Assembly: GCA_963799775.1 (NCBI GenBank)
Contig: CAWCYD010000003.1
Coordinates: forward strand, 480,001 to 544,000
From: an uncultured archaeon
GTDB lineage: Archaea; Thermoproteota; Nitrososphaeria; Nitrososphaerales; Gagatemarchaeaceae
Direction of reading: 5' to 3'
Length of the DNA: 64,000 nucleotides
Position numbers and translations under genes: made by a program. This document shows, piece after piece, positions 37,465 through 48,149 of this stretch. The notes below the pieces were generated by a model. The model was not told where the DNA came from. It searched no databases and saw only the letters and a list, made by a program, of their open reading frames with translations. The stretch's first letter is position 1. Every line of letters begins with the position of its first letter.

Positions 37465-38322
37465 ATGAGCTCGGACTCGCTGAACATCATGGAGCATCTC
37501 GGCGAGCTCAAGCACAGACTGAAGATAGCCTTCCTGAGCTACCTAGCAATACTGGCCGTGTTCCTTCTCGCACCGGCAGAGCCGTCGAAGGCCCTCACTT
37601 TCACAGGGACTTACGTCCCCTTCGTGGCGTTCTTCCTCGCCAGGGTGAAGCTGGACCTGCTTCCAGCGGGATGGACGCTGATGGCCAACAACCTGAGCGA
37701 GCCGCTCGAGGTATACCTGGTCGCATCCGTGATCCTGGCAGCGGTCTTCAACAGCCCGATCTTCGCCTACGAGACGATGCGTTTCGTGTCTCCGGCGCTG
37801 ACGGAGAAGGAGAAGGGGTTGCTCTACCCGTTCGTGGCCTCCTCGACCGCCCTTTTCGTCGTCGGAGTGCTCTTCGGCTACTTCCTCCTGGCCAAGTTCC
37901 TCTTCATCGCCCTGTCGCCTTTCTTCGTCACCGCCCAAGCGACCCCGATCGTGGACGTCTCTAACTTCTACTTCGTCGTCTTCCTGACGATAGGGATGAG
38001 CGGGATAGCGTTCACGACCCCGGTCTACGTCTTCATGCTCATCCGCTTCAAGGTGTTCAGCCCTCAGACCTACAGGAAGAACAGGGTGATCATCTGGGTT
38101 GTCACCTACATCGCCACCGCGTTGATCACGCCTGACGGGGGCCCCGTCCTCGACATCATCCTCTTCTTGCCGATAATCCTCTTGCTCGAGCTCGCCGTCT
38201 GGCTAGGCGGCCGCTCTATCCGGAAGCTCGAATCCCCCTCTGACCCCGACAAGTGCAGGTATTGCGGGGCTAGTCTGGGCGGGGCCACCTTCTGCCCGAG
38301 CTGCGGTCGCTCGGCCTCCTGA
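37465..38322 (+). CDS. tatC: Twin-arginine translocase TatC with C-terminal Zn ribbon
   Basis: EHLGELKHRL, FVSPAL..KE, ITPD; CRYC...CPSCG. Confidence 0.92.
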   Translation: MSSDSLNIMEHLGELKHRLKIAFLSYLAILAVFLLAPAEPSKALTFTGTYVPFVAFFLARVKLDLLPAGWTLMANNLSEPLEVYLVASVILAAVFNSPIFAYETMRFVSPALTEKEKGLLYPFVASSTALFVVGVLFGYFLLAKFLFIALSPFFVTAQATPIVDVSNFYFVVFLTIGMSGIAFTTPVYVFMLIRFKVFSPQTYRKNRVIIWVVTYIATALITPDGGPVLDIILFLPIILLLELAVWLGGRSIRKLESPSDPDKCRYCGASLGGATFCPSCGRSAS

Positions 38323-38373
38323 CGGATGGGCAGAATTCCTTATACGAGACCTTCTCTCCAATCACGACAGAGA

Positions 38374-38889
38374 ATGACCGAGATTCCAGCCATCGAGAAC
38401 AGTCAGAAGCTAGCCGAGGCTGAGGGCTTTGGCGAGGTCTTCGAGCTTGTCAAGAAAGCCGTGGACCAGGTGCTAGCCATCCATCGGGCGGGCCTGACAC
38501 TGGTGCTGGGGGACATACCCAACCAGGTCGGCGCGTATCACGAGATGGGTTCGAACGCCATAGTGATGAACAGGAACCTGATGAAGATCATCTGGCAGTC
38601 GAACAAGTCGAAGAACAGGAGGAACGCATACACGTTCATGATCTTGCTCCACGAGTATCTCCACTCTCTCGGCTTCACGGACGACGGTCAGGTGAGGGAG
38701 CTCTCAAGGAAGATCACAGACGACTACGTTGGCAAGGGGCACGTCGCCGCTGAGATGGCAGTGAGCCCGCTCGACAGGTTCTTCCCGGAGATCGTCGACT
38801 TCGCGCAGTTCAGGGACAACGGGCAGCTTCGAGACCGTGCACAAGTTCGACACGTCCAGCACCTCATACATCGCCTAGGGGCCCACTAG
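38374..38889 (+). CDS. Putative zinc metallopeptidase (HExxH)
   Basis: LLHEYLHSLG; 3' end probably frameshifted. Confidence 0.65.
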   Translation: MTEIPAIENSQKLAEAEGFGEVFELVKKAVDQVLAIHRAGLTLVLGDIPNQVGAYHEMGSNAIVMNRNLMKIIWQSNKSKNRRNAYTFMILLHEYLHSLGFTDDGQVRELSRKITDDYVGKGHVAAEMAVSPLDRFFPEIVDFAQFRDNGQLRDRAQVRHVQHLIHRLGAH

Positions 38890-38918
38890 AAACCCCTCGT
38901 CAAACACGAGCCCTGAGA

Positions 38919-39567
38919 TCAGCGACGCTCGGGGCTTGTCTTTTGCGTCAGTCGGAGTGTCCTCGCCAGGAATGTTAGGGTAGCCCCTGTCCTGCGAAAC
39001 CTGAAGAAGCGGTGCACGTCGTAGGGTTTGTCGACGTCGAACCCCACCCCCTTTGAGTAGTAGACGGCGACCCGGAGCCTTCGTGCCATCGCGCTTGCAT
39101 AGTGCTTGCGGAAGCTATCATCGTCGTAATGGAGCGGGAGGCTGACGCCCCGGGTGAAGAGCAGCATGTTCGTCCCATCGAAGTCCTCCGATGGAGAGAT
39201 CACTACCTGCGCGCCCTCCCTTGCGAGCATGGGGCCTGCCTTCAGGTCCATCGACGGCCAACAAAGGCAGGTCTGCCGGGATTATCAGCTGCCTCTCGTA
39301 CTCTGCTGTCTCTTCGAGTCCCCTGTTGACCGCCGCGTTCACCCCTGCGTCATCGGGCTCGTGTATGGTCCTTGCGCCGAACCTTCGCACAAACTCCAGC
39401 ACCTCTAGGTTCGAAGACACGACGAAGGCGTGCCCGATCATCTTCGCCTTGCTCAGCGTCTGGAGGGTGTCCTCCAGCATCGCGATCTGGAGCTGTCCCC
39501 TCTGACGTTGAGTGAGAAGAGGGCCAAGACGGGCCTTGGGGTCGTGGCCCTTGACCGGGACGATCAC
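38919..39567 (-). CDS. cofC: 2-phospho-L-lactate guanylyltransferase (frameshift)
   Basis: IVPVK...KARL, PADLPL, GTN.L, SF.KH, DVD.P.D. Confidence 0.9.
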
Positions 39568-39596
39568 GGCCGTGGAACCCCTTGGGGGAGAGACCG

Positions 39597-40536
39597 CTAT
39601 CGCACCTCCATCGCGAGCTTCGCCAGCCTCAGCTCATCGTCATGCGACTTCATTAAAGTTGAGGAGAAGCGGCAGCGGACTCCCATTCTCTCGATGGCGG
39701 CGGCTTGAGCCCTGTCCCCCTCATCGAGAATCAGCATGTTCACGAGCCCTTTGTAGAGCTCGGCGACTCCTGTCGATGTCGGTTCCAACTTCATTGCCTT
39801 CATCAGGCCTGCCGCCGGGCCTGAGAAGGGCCTGTCACCGAGCATCGGCGAGATCGCCACCTTGGTCGCCTTGCTGGCCCCCAGAGCGCTCCTCAAGCCG
39901 GGAATCGAGAGGATGGGCCTGATGCTCGTCATGGGGTTTCCCGGTGCGATGATTATCCGCTCGGCCTCTGCGATGGCCTTCAAGACCTCGCCAGTCGGCC
40001 TTGCCTTGGTTGCTCCAGCGTATCTCACTCTGAGAGGCGTCGGGAGTCCCCCGTCCCTCACCCAGAATGCCTGCAGATGAAGGTTCACCCTTCTCTCGGG
40101 TGACAACGTGTGTCTCGTAGTGGTCATCGCTCGCAGGAAGTATTTTGCAGCCTCGGACCCCCAGTCTCCTGGCCACGATTGACGTCACCTCAGTGAGGCT
40201 CCGCCCTTCTCCCAAAAGAGTCGTCCTCAGGAGATGCAGAGCGAAATCGATGTCGCCGATGTTGAACCAAGTGTCCCTCGCCCCGAGTCGTTTCAGCTGC
40301 GTGAGAGTCTTGAACTCGTCACCCTCTACTCCCCATCCCCTCGGCTGGTCCGCGATTCCCGCGAGGGTGTACGTCACGGTGTCGATGTCGGGACAGACAT
40401 ACAGCCCATGAAACCAGCCGTTGTCGGCGACGTTTACAACGGCCGAGAAGGTCGATACCTGGCTCAGGCCTCGAAGCAGCTTCGCAGATCCCGTGCCGCC
40501 CGAGATTACCACGACACCCTCCCGACTTGTTGCCAA
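39597..40536 (-). CDS. cofD: 2-phospho-L-lactate transferase (frameshift)
   Basis: GGTGSAKL, VCPDIDTV.YTL, WFNIGD.D, PGNPMTSI. Confidence 0.92.
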
Positions 40537-40545
40537 CGTCTTCTC

Positions 40546-41304
40546 TCACCTGAAGAGGTCCAGCTTGCGCTCCCGAAGCATGCTCTTTACACCAGATTCG
40601 CTCCGAGCGTATTTCACACCCCTAACGACTGCCACTGGAACGAGAGCGCTCTTCCTCATCACGAGCTCAGCAGCGGCCGCGGCCTCATCGACGATGGCTG
40701 GCCTTGTCACCCTTAGGAGGTAGCCGTAGGCGTCCTTCTTGCCTGCCATGTTCTCTGTGGGGGCGATCCCGGAACAACCTATCGCGACGTCCGTCTGTCC
40801 CTCCCTCCACGGCCGCCCAAAGGTGTCGGAGACTATCACCGCCAGTCTGCGTCCCGTGGCTCTCTCGAGCTTCTTCCTTATCCTTCGCGCGCTGAGATCG
40901 GGGTCGAGGGGCAAGAGGGCCGCGTAACCCGATTCTACGTTGGAGACGTCCACCCCAGAATTGGCGCAGACGAACCCATGTCTCGTCTCAGTGATAAGCA
41001 CCCCGTGTCCCATCCTGACGATGCGCTTTGCCTCCCGCAGGACGAGTTCGACCATCTTCGGATCCTTCCCGAGCTTCGAGGACACGGCCGTGGCCCTCCT
41101 GCCCGGCCGCACATCCTTGAGGCGAACCAGCCTCCCTTCGCTCTTCGAGACTATCTTCTGGGTGACCACGATTATGTCGTCGTCAAGGAGCTCCAGCCCT
41201 TGTGCTCGCACCGCGTCAATGATGACCCCTGCCAGTTCATCCCCTTTCTTCACCCGCCCTATCCCCTCAACAGGGAATACCGTCAGGGGAGGAGGATTGG
41301 GCAA
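40546..41304 (-). CDS. cofE: F420-0:gamma-glutamyl ligase
   Basis: TQKIVSKSEG, ANSGVD.SN, DTFGRPWREG. Confidence 0.93.
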   Translation of the reverse strand: MPNPPPLTVFPVEGIGRVKKGDELAGVIIDAVRAQGLELLDDDIIVVTQKIVSKSEGRLVRLKDVRPGRRATAVSSKLGKDPKMVELVLREAKRIVRMGHGVLITETRHGFVCANSGVDVSNVESGYAALLPLDPDLSARRIRKKLERATGRRLAVIVSDTFGRPWREGQTDVAIGCSGIAPTENMAGKKDAYGYLLRVTRPAIVDEAAAAAELVMRKSALVPVAVVRGVKYARSESGVKSMLRERKLDLFR

Positions 41305-41417
41305 GGCGGATGCGGGGCTCCTGCAGAAATTGACTGGCTTATGAAAGATGTCGCATCCGCGATAACTAGGGTTATAAGGGGCCGGCAGGTCTTGCGAGAA
41401 GAAGGGCTGTATTTCTC

Positions 41418-42496
41418 TTGGTAAGCACCGAGCAGGTGCATAGACGCCTTGAGGGTGGTCAAGGGCCAGGAGCTCAAGAGGGACGTCGTCTCTTTGGGGA
41501 TGATAGAGGGACCTTAGGGTCGACGGTGGTTCGGTGTCCTTCACGCTCAATCTCACAACCCCTGCCTGCCCTCTCCGTGCTGAGATGGAGGCGGACGTCA
41601 GGGGAGCGGTAAAGGCGATCCCCGGCGTGCAGGAGGTGAAGATGAAGACCAGCGCGCACATCTCAGCTACACGGCAAGCCGAGCAAGGTGAGCTGATGAA
41701 AGGAGTGAAGAACGTCATAGCGGTGGCCAGCGGGAAGGGAGGAGTCGGCAAGACGACGGTCGCGGTCAATCTTGCGGTCAGCCTTGCATCTTCGGGGGCG
41801 AGGGTCGGGCTCCTCGATGCCGACATCTACGGGCCGACCGTGCCAGTCATGATGGGAGTGAGAGAACGGCCTGGGGCTGTTGGCAACATGATGGTCCCCC
41901 CCGCCGCCCATGGGGTCAAAGTCATATCACTGGGCTTCTTCTACAAAGACGATACGCCTCTGGTCTGGAGAGGGCCTATGGTGGCGGGCGCCGTCAAGCA
42001 GCTCCTGACGCAAGTGGAATGGGGAGACCTTGATTATTTGATAATTGATCTTCCTCCCGGGACGGGGGACGCTTCGCTTACTCTTGCCCAGACAGTGCCC
42101 CTAGGCGGCGTGGTGATCGTGACCACCCCGCAGGAGGCGTCCCTCAACATCGCGACCAAGGCGCTGGCCATGTTCAAGAAGCTCAACGTCCCGATCCTTG
42201 GGATAGTCGAGAACATGTCATACTTCACGTGCCCGCATTGCGGGGAGAAGACCTACATCTTCTCCGAAGGCGGAGGGAAGCGCGCTGCGAGCGCTCTCGG
42301 GGTCCAGTTCCTCGGCGAGATCCCCATCTACCCGATGATCAGGGAGCAGTCCGACAAGGGCGAGCCTGTGGGCGTGGTGGCCCCCGACTCGCCGGAGAGC
42401 AAGGTCTTCAAGGACATCGCGTTCCGAGTCGCGGGAATGGTAAGCATCGTGGCTTACGAGAGCAACGTCAAATCTGATGGACGCATGGGCGATTAA
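41418..42496 (+). CDS. mrp: Mrp/NBP35 Fe-S carrier ATPase with DUF59 (frameshift ~41510)
   Basis: LTTPACP, SGKGGVGKT, DADIYGP, WRGPM, DLPPGTGD, ENMS..CPHC. Confidence 0.93.
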
Positions 42497-42697
42497 ATGG
42501 CCGCCCGGATATCTAGGAAAGGGTCATGCTCTGTAACCTTGGAAGAGCAGTCAGTCCACCTATGCCCTTTGTGGTGATGGACTCCGAGATAAGATGTCTC
42601 GCCGTGGCTCGGCGAGGAGCGGGAGACAGATGAAGCGATGGAGCCGGAGCGAAACCGGTCAGTCGATGCCTCCAAGTCCGGGGAACTGGACAGAGCC
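42487..42697 (+). mobile_element. Non-autonomous TnpB-element derivative retaining both ends and omegaRNA scaffold
   Basis: GCAT|GGGCGATTAAATGG left end, GATAAGATGTCT...GGCTCG...AGGAGCG...GATGAAGCGATG similar to the 3' region of tnpB 2, right end GACAGAGCC. Confidence 0.75.
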
Positions 42698-42722
42698 CTT
42701 ACGAGAACTCGCAGTGAAGGGT

Positions 42723-43270
42723 CTAGTTCGCGGTCCGCGAGGGCCCGTGTGCAAGGCCCACGACGTGCGGGATCTCGCCCAGGAACAGCTCGAGGGCCGT
42801 CCGGACGGCGTCGGGAGAGCCTGGGAGGCACATAGCTACTTTGCCTCTGGCGATCCCGGCAGTTGCCCTCGACAGCGCGGCGGCCGCGCCTATTTTCTGG
42901 AAGCTGACCCAGCGGAAGACCTCGCCGAAGCCCTCTATCTCCTTCCCGAAGAAAGGACGGATCGACTCGATGGTGACATCCGTGGTGGAGACGCCCGTGC
43001 CGCCGGTGAAGACGATCACGTCTATGCGCTTGTCCTCCAAAGCGCGGGCCATCGTGCTCCTCAACATCTTCTTGTCGTCCGGGATTAGTCTCCTTCCCAT
43101 CACCTCGCCATTTGCTTCCTCGACCATCCGTTGTGCGACGTCACCCGATTCGTCGCTGACGTCCTTTTCGGCTCTGGCCCTGCTCTTTTCGTATCGGCTC
43201 GTCGAGACCGTAACGATCAGGTAACCCAGCCGGCCCTTGGGGGCGTGCTTTCTGTGGGTCTCAGGGGCGC
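42723..43270 (-). CDS. moaB: Molybdenum cofactor biosynthesis MoaB/MogA (no own start; possibly fused to MoaC)
   Basis: VTVSTSR, DESG, TGGTG...DVT, SRATAG, LPGSP. Confidence 0.85.
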
Positions 43271-43709
43271 CCGCGTCTCTTCACCTTCTCGACCACCTGG
43301 ATACCTTCGATCGTCGCCGACGGATACTGACCTCCCTCATCTTTCTCGTAGGCCTTCACGACGTCCCAGATATTGAGGAGTGCGACAGACACCGCCGTCA
43401 ACGCTTCCATCTCAACGCCTGTCTTCTCGTGCGCGGAGACGGTCACCCGAACCTCGACGGAGTCCTCGAGTACCGCCTCCTCAACCTCCACGTGCTCTAT
43501 CTTGAGAGGATGGCAGAGCGCCAGCAGGTCGGGGTCGTCTTCACGGCAAGGATCGCCATCGTCTTCGATATCGCGAGCGGGTCGCCTTTCTCAAGGCCTC
43601 CGTCCTTGATGAGCTCGATCGTCTTGGGTCTGAGGAGTATCCTGCCCCGCGCCGTTGCCTGCCTGTAGACCACGGGCTTCCTTGAGATGTCGGCCTGTCT
43701 GACGCTCAT
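43261..43709 (-). CDS. moaC: Cyclic pyranopterin monophosphate synthase (frameshift)
   Basis: KGDP, AVKTTP, KTGVEMEAL, IWDVVK. Confidence 0.9.
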
Positions 43710-43924
43710 GAGATGGCCTGCCCGAAGGCTCGTGGTCGATTTAGGTCTTCTTTCTCCCGAAGTGCCTCTATGGTCAATCCCCGTAGGATTCAACGCATTT
43801 CTTCCAAGGGTGTAAGGTCATTCCTGCACTAGTGCTAGGAACCAGCTCTCAATCCTGAAAATGTCTTAAAGCAGACGCACGAATTGCATGCGGGATTCCG
43901 TTATCCAAATCCAATGAGGGTCAG

Positions 43925-44329
43925 GTGATTCGCGGTAACACGCTTAGGGTTTACCTTCACTTGCTGAAGCATGGGCCCTCAGAGCTCAGGGACGTCCAAC
44001 GCGAGGTTGGCCTTTCGACCGCATCGCTCGCCTCCTATCATCTTGGAAAGCTCGTCGATGCGAAATATGTGAAGCAGGATGAGGTAGGCAGATATGAGGT
44101 CACAGGCGAGGCGGTGGGAGATATTCTGGCCGGGTACTCAAAGTTCGGCGTCACGATCGTCCCTCAGTTGTTCTTCTTCGCCCTGCTTTTTACGATTCTT
44201 ACAGCATTCTTCTCGATAGAGTGTCCTCTTCTTTGGAAACTACGTCTTCTTCCTCGTCGCCGCATCGCTCGGGATGGTGGTGGTCCTGTGGCTGGAGACG
44301 GTGAGACTATGGAGACGGCTTGTCAATGA
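43925..44329 (+). CDS. wHTH regulator with C-terminal TM segment(s)
   Basis: GNTLRVY..LL..GP...RDVQR..GLST.SLA.YHL.KL; hydrophobic tail (frameshift likely). Confidence 0.75.
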   Translation: MIRGNTLRVYLHLLKHGPSELRDVQREVGLSTASLASYHLGKLVDAKYVKQDEVGRYEVTGEAVGDILAGYSKFGVTIVPQLFFFALLFTILTAFFSIECPLLWKLRLLPRRRIARDGGGPVAGDGETMETACQ

Positions 44330-44456
44330 CTCTGGGTAATATCTTCCACTTCTTGCACTGAACTCCCGGAATCCCAGCGAACTTTCCAATTTTCAACGTC
44401 CTTGAACGCATCTTCAGCGACATAGGATAATCAATCCAGAATACTAACCTCTAACT

Positions 44457-44861
44457 ATGTTACGAAATGCGAGTCCGGAAAACCCGGGCACCAGTTCTCG
44501 AAACGGAGGGTATCTCGGAATAATCGAACAAAGTCTGGGTTCAGCCTTCGGGCAGGCTCAGCCACTTCGAAAGTTGAGCTCGCGGCGATCCACCCTGGAA
44601 ATCAGGATGGACATCCTGACGGTCGTCAGGGACGGAGCAGAGGGGCCTACCCAGATAATGTTCAAGGCCAATCTGTCCTGGAAGCTCTTGATGCAGCACC
44701 TCAGAGACCTTGTTCAGCTGGAGATCCTGTCGGAACAGAAGGTCAAGAACCGCTTCTCGTACAGGCTGACCGACAAGGGGATAAGCATCCTTCGGTCCTA
44801 CTTCATGGTGACGGACCAGTTCCATCTCCCTGACCACTACGGAATCCGCGCGTTTCAGTAA
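44457..44861 (+). CDS. Winged-helix regulator (HTH_45-like)
   Basis: RRSTLEIRMDIL...PTQIMFKANLSW...YRLTDKG. Confidence 0.85.
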   Translation: MLRNASPENPGTSSRNGGYLGIIEQSLGSAFGQAQPLRKLSSRRSTLEIRMDILTVVRDGAEGPTQIMFKANLSWKLLMQHLRDLVQLEILSEQKVKNRFSYRLTDKGISILRSYFMVTDQFHLPDHYGIRAFQ

Positions 44862-44995
44862 GGACGGTGCGGGGCTTGTCGGATTCTCGGGGTAGCCATT
44901 TCTTGCATCTACTGATGGCCTCACCTCGAAGATTTGCATCTTTCAAGGGCTTGAAAGGCCCTTCCTCGGAGTAACTTAATCAACCTGGTATCAAA

Positions 44996-46720
44996 TTGAC
45001 ATTTAGAAAAGAGTTGGCGGCGAAGCAGTCCGTCACGTACGGATTAGCCGCTATAGCGACCGCCGTACTCATCATCGGAGGGGCTGTCGTCTCCGCGTCT
45101 CTCTCGGGTCATGGCCTTCAGTCGACCCAGACCATAACGGGAAAGTCGTCGGGGCAAACGTCGACGCAGATCACCTCGACTCAGGCCCTTACTCAGAACT
45201 CCTCGAAGCTAGTGACGACCGTCCAGCTAAATACAGCCACGACCTCTTCGACCCTAGCCACGACGGCGCAGGGTCAAAGTCCTAGCGGGAGCGGAATCCT
45301 CAGCATTTGGCTTACTGATGCCCCTGCTGCAAGCCCGAATCTGAAGTATCTTCTTGTCAATATCTCAAGCTTGGCTGCGTCGTACGAAAGCAGCGCGCCG
45401 GCGAACTCGTCGTCCTCGACGAGCGGCTCCTCGGCAGGGAACCAGGCCAGCGTCTACTTCCTCACGGTCCCTCCGACTATCGGGACTAACGTGAACCTCA
45501 CCACCCTCCAAGGCCAGTCGCTCGCGCTGGGAGGCGCAGAGCTGCCTGCGGGAAACATCAGCTCGGTGGTTGTAGATGTCACCGGCGCAAGGGCGTTCTA
45601 CACAGACGGCTCGTCGGAGCAGATCCCGGTCGTTGCCAACGGGGAGTTGCCCATCCCGATCCGGTTCGGTCTTCAGCCTAACGGCGCCACTTCCTTGACG
45701 ATCGACCTGACGCCGAGCATGGTCAGCGCAGGCGAGGGCTTTGTCATGGCGCCCGTCATTCACGCGATCGCAGTTGAGTCGGGCCTAAACGGGACCACCA
45801 CGGTCACGGTGACAGCCACCGAAAGTCAGCCACCGAGCACGACGACGGTGTTTTCCACTCAGACAATCACAGCGCCGGCGATTATCACGACGATAACCAC
45901 GCCGACCACGACGACTCAGATGGTCACGGGCCAGCCCGTGACGACAACGGTCGTTTCATCGGTCACATCGACCGTGACGCAGATAACCATCACTGGAACT
46001 GTAATAACAGAGACGACAACGTACACCTCGCCGACGACCGAGACCCAGACTGTGACTCAGACTTTGACGTCGACGACCACAGTCCCGCCCACCACGACTA
46101 CGGGAACCTCGACCACGTCCACTTCGACTTCGGCTCCGACGTCGACTGTCACCTCGACCAAGACGGTCACCAGCACGGTGACGTCCACCTCGAGCCCAAC
46201 ATCAACGAGCACGACTTCGACGACGACGCAGCCTCCGACCACAACCACGACAACAGCCACCTCCACTGTGACTCAGCCTCCCACGACTAGCACGACCACA
46301 GCAACAACGACTGTCACTCAGCCTCCCACGACTAGCACGACCACAGCGACAACCACGGTGACTCAGCCTCCGACGACGACAACGACGACAGCGACTACGA
46401 CTGTCACTCAGCCGCCTACCACTACTACGACAACGACCACCGCCACGTCGACGAAGACCTCCACGGTGACGTCGACTTCTACCCAGACGTCAACCCAGAC
46501 CCAGACTTCGACGGTCACTGTGACCAGCACCACGACCAGGACCGTCACTAAACCCCACACGAGTGAATCTCCCGCTTCGGTCGGACCGGCCGGAGCACTG
46601 GCCTCGATAGGCAGTGACGCGCCTGTATGGCTGTCACCCTCCTTCGCCCTCTGGACCCTGCTGGTCACAGCGGGGATGATACTCGCTCTGCCGAGGCTTC
46701 GGCAAGCCCCACGCGGATAG
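44996..46720 (+). CDS. DUF4382-like surface protein with Thr-rich stalk and C-terminal anchor
   Basis: N-terminal TM, LTDAP motif, LTIDL, long Thr/Ser region, terminal TM. Confidence 0.8.
   Translation: MTFRKELAAKQSVTYGLAAIATAVLIIGGAVVSASLSGHGLQSTQTITGKSSGQTSTQITSTQALTQNSSKLVTTVQLNTATTSSTLATTAQGQSPSGSGILSIWLTDAPAASPNLKYLLVNISSLAASYESSAPANSSSSTSGSSAGNQASVYFLTVPPTIGTNVNLTTLQGQSLALGGAELPAGNISSVVVDVTGARAFYTDGSSEQIPVVANGELPIPIRFGLQPNGATSLTIDLTPSMVSAGEGFVMAPVIHAIAVESGLNGTTTVTVTATESQPPSTTTVFSTQTITAPAIITTITTPTTTTQMVTGQPVTTTVVSSVTSTVTQITITGTVITETTTYTSPTTETQTVTQTLTSTTTVPPTTTTGTSTTSTSTSAPTSTVTSTKTVTSTVTSTSSPTSTSTTSTTTQPPTTTTTTATSTVTQPPTTSTTTATTTVTQPPTTSTTTATTTVTQPPTTTTTTATTTVTQPPTTTTTTTTATSTKTSTVTSTSTQTSTQTQTSTVTVTSTTTRTVTKPHTSESPASVGPAGALASIGSDAPVWLSPSFALWTLLVTAGMILALPRLRQAPRG
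46225..46440 (+). repeat. 45-bp coding tandem repeat (TQPPTTxTTTATxTV)
   Basis: About five units; near-identical copies at 46271 and 46316. Confidence 0.8.
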
Positions 46721-46737
46721 GGCCGACCTTCTGGTTC

Positions 46738-48148
46738 CTACTTGGCCCTTGTTCGCTGCGATAGCAGTTTGGCCACGAGCCCTGGCTGGGCCTTTGGCTC
46801 GGCCTTGAGGACTAGGCCTACTAGATAGCTGAAGGCCTTCTTGTCGCCACGGGCCTCCCCTAGCGCCTCTGGCCTCTCGGCGAGCACCCGGTCGATCGCG
46901 GCTCCGATGGCCTTCTCGTCCACGACCGCGGATAGGTTCTTGGCCCTTACGATGTCCGCCGGGCGGTTACCAGTGCGAAGGGCCTCTCGGAGGGCCTCCT
47001 TGGCCTGAGCGCGAGTGATCGAGCTCGATACGATCATCCCAACCAGGTCGACGAATGCCTGGGGAGGGATGGCTCGATCCCCTGTAAGCGCCGATTCGTC
47101 GAGCTCCCCAACTATCAGTCCCGCCATCTCCTGGTAGGCGTCGCTTGTGCGTGCGCATCTCTCGAAGAAGTCCGACAGGGCCTTGTGCGCCGCCAGCTCG
47201 CCCGCCAGCTGCGGGGACAGGCCGTAATCTCTGGCATATCGTGAGGCCCTGGCGTCGTTTACCTCGGGCATCCTGCTCCGCACTTCCTCAATCGCACCAG
47301 GCTCGAGCACTATCGCGTTGAGGTCGGGCTCGGGGAAGTATCGGTAGTCCTGCTCCTCCTCCTTGGAGCGGAGGGCGATGGTGATGCTCCTGCGCTCGTC
47401 CCAGTGCCTCGTCTCGCTCGTCGCGTTGCCTGAGAACGTCTTCTGCCTGAGTATCTCGTAATTGAGGGCCTTCTCCACCTCCTTGAAGGACGAGATGTTC
47501 TTCACCTCGACCCTGGCGCCCCCCTCGAGGGAGATGTTCGCGTCGCACCTCATCGCTCCCTCCAGCTCCCCGTCCGAAACTCCCAGCGACTCTATGGTCG
47601 AGCGGAGCTTCTCGAGGAACATCTTTGCCTCTCGGGCGTCCTCGATGTCCGGCTCCGTCACTATCTCTACTAGCGCGATCCCGGCCCTGTTGTAGTCCAC
47701 CAGGCTATAGGTCGACTTCTCTATCGTGCCCTCGTAGGTCAGCTTCCCCGGGTCTTCCTCGAGCTGGATCCTGGTGATTCGGACCTTCTTCCCTTCAACC
47801 TCGACGGAGCCCGAGGAGGCTATCGCCACGCCGCCGGCCTTGTCGTACTGGCTGATCTGGAACCCCTTGGGCAGGTCGGGATAGAAGTAGTTCTTCCTGT
47901 AGAAGAGCGAACGGCTCGCCACTTTGCAGCTGAGGGCGAGCGCGATCATAGTCGCGAACTCCACCGCGCGCGCGTTGAGCGTCGGCAAGGTCCCCGGGCA
48001 GTCCGAAGCAGACCGGGCAGACCTTCTCGTTCGGTTCGCATCCTCGGTAGTCCGATGAGCAAGAACAGAAGAGCTTCGTCTTGAGCGACGTGAGCTGGCA
48101 GTGCACCTCCAAGCCTATCTTGACCTTGAGCCTCATCTGTGCCTCCAT
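46738..48148 (-). CDS. gatB: Asp/Glu-tRNA amidotransferase subunit B (frameshift ~47990)
   Basis: [40 protein letters not shown]. Confidence 0.95.
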
Positions 48149-48149
48149 G

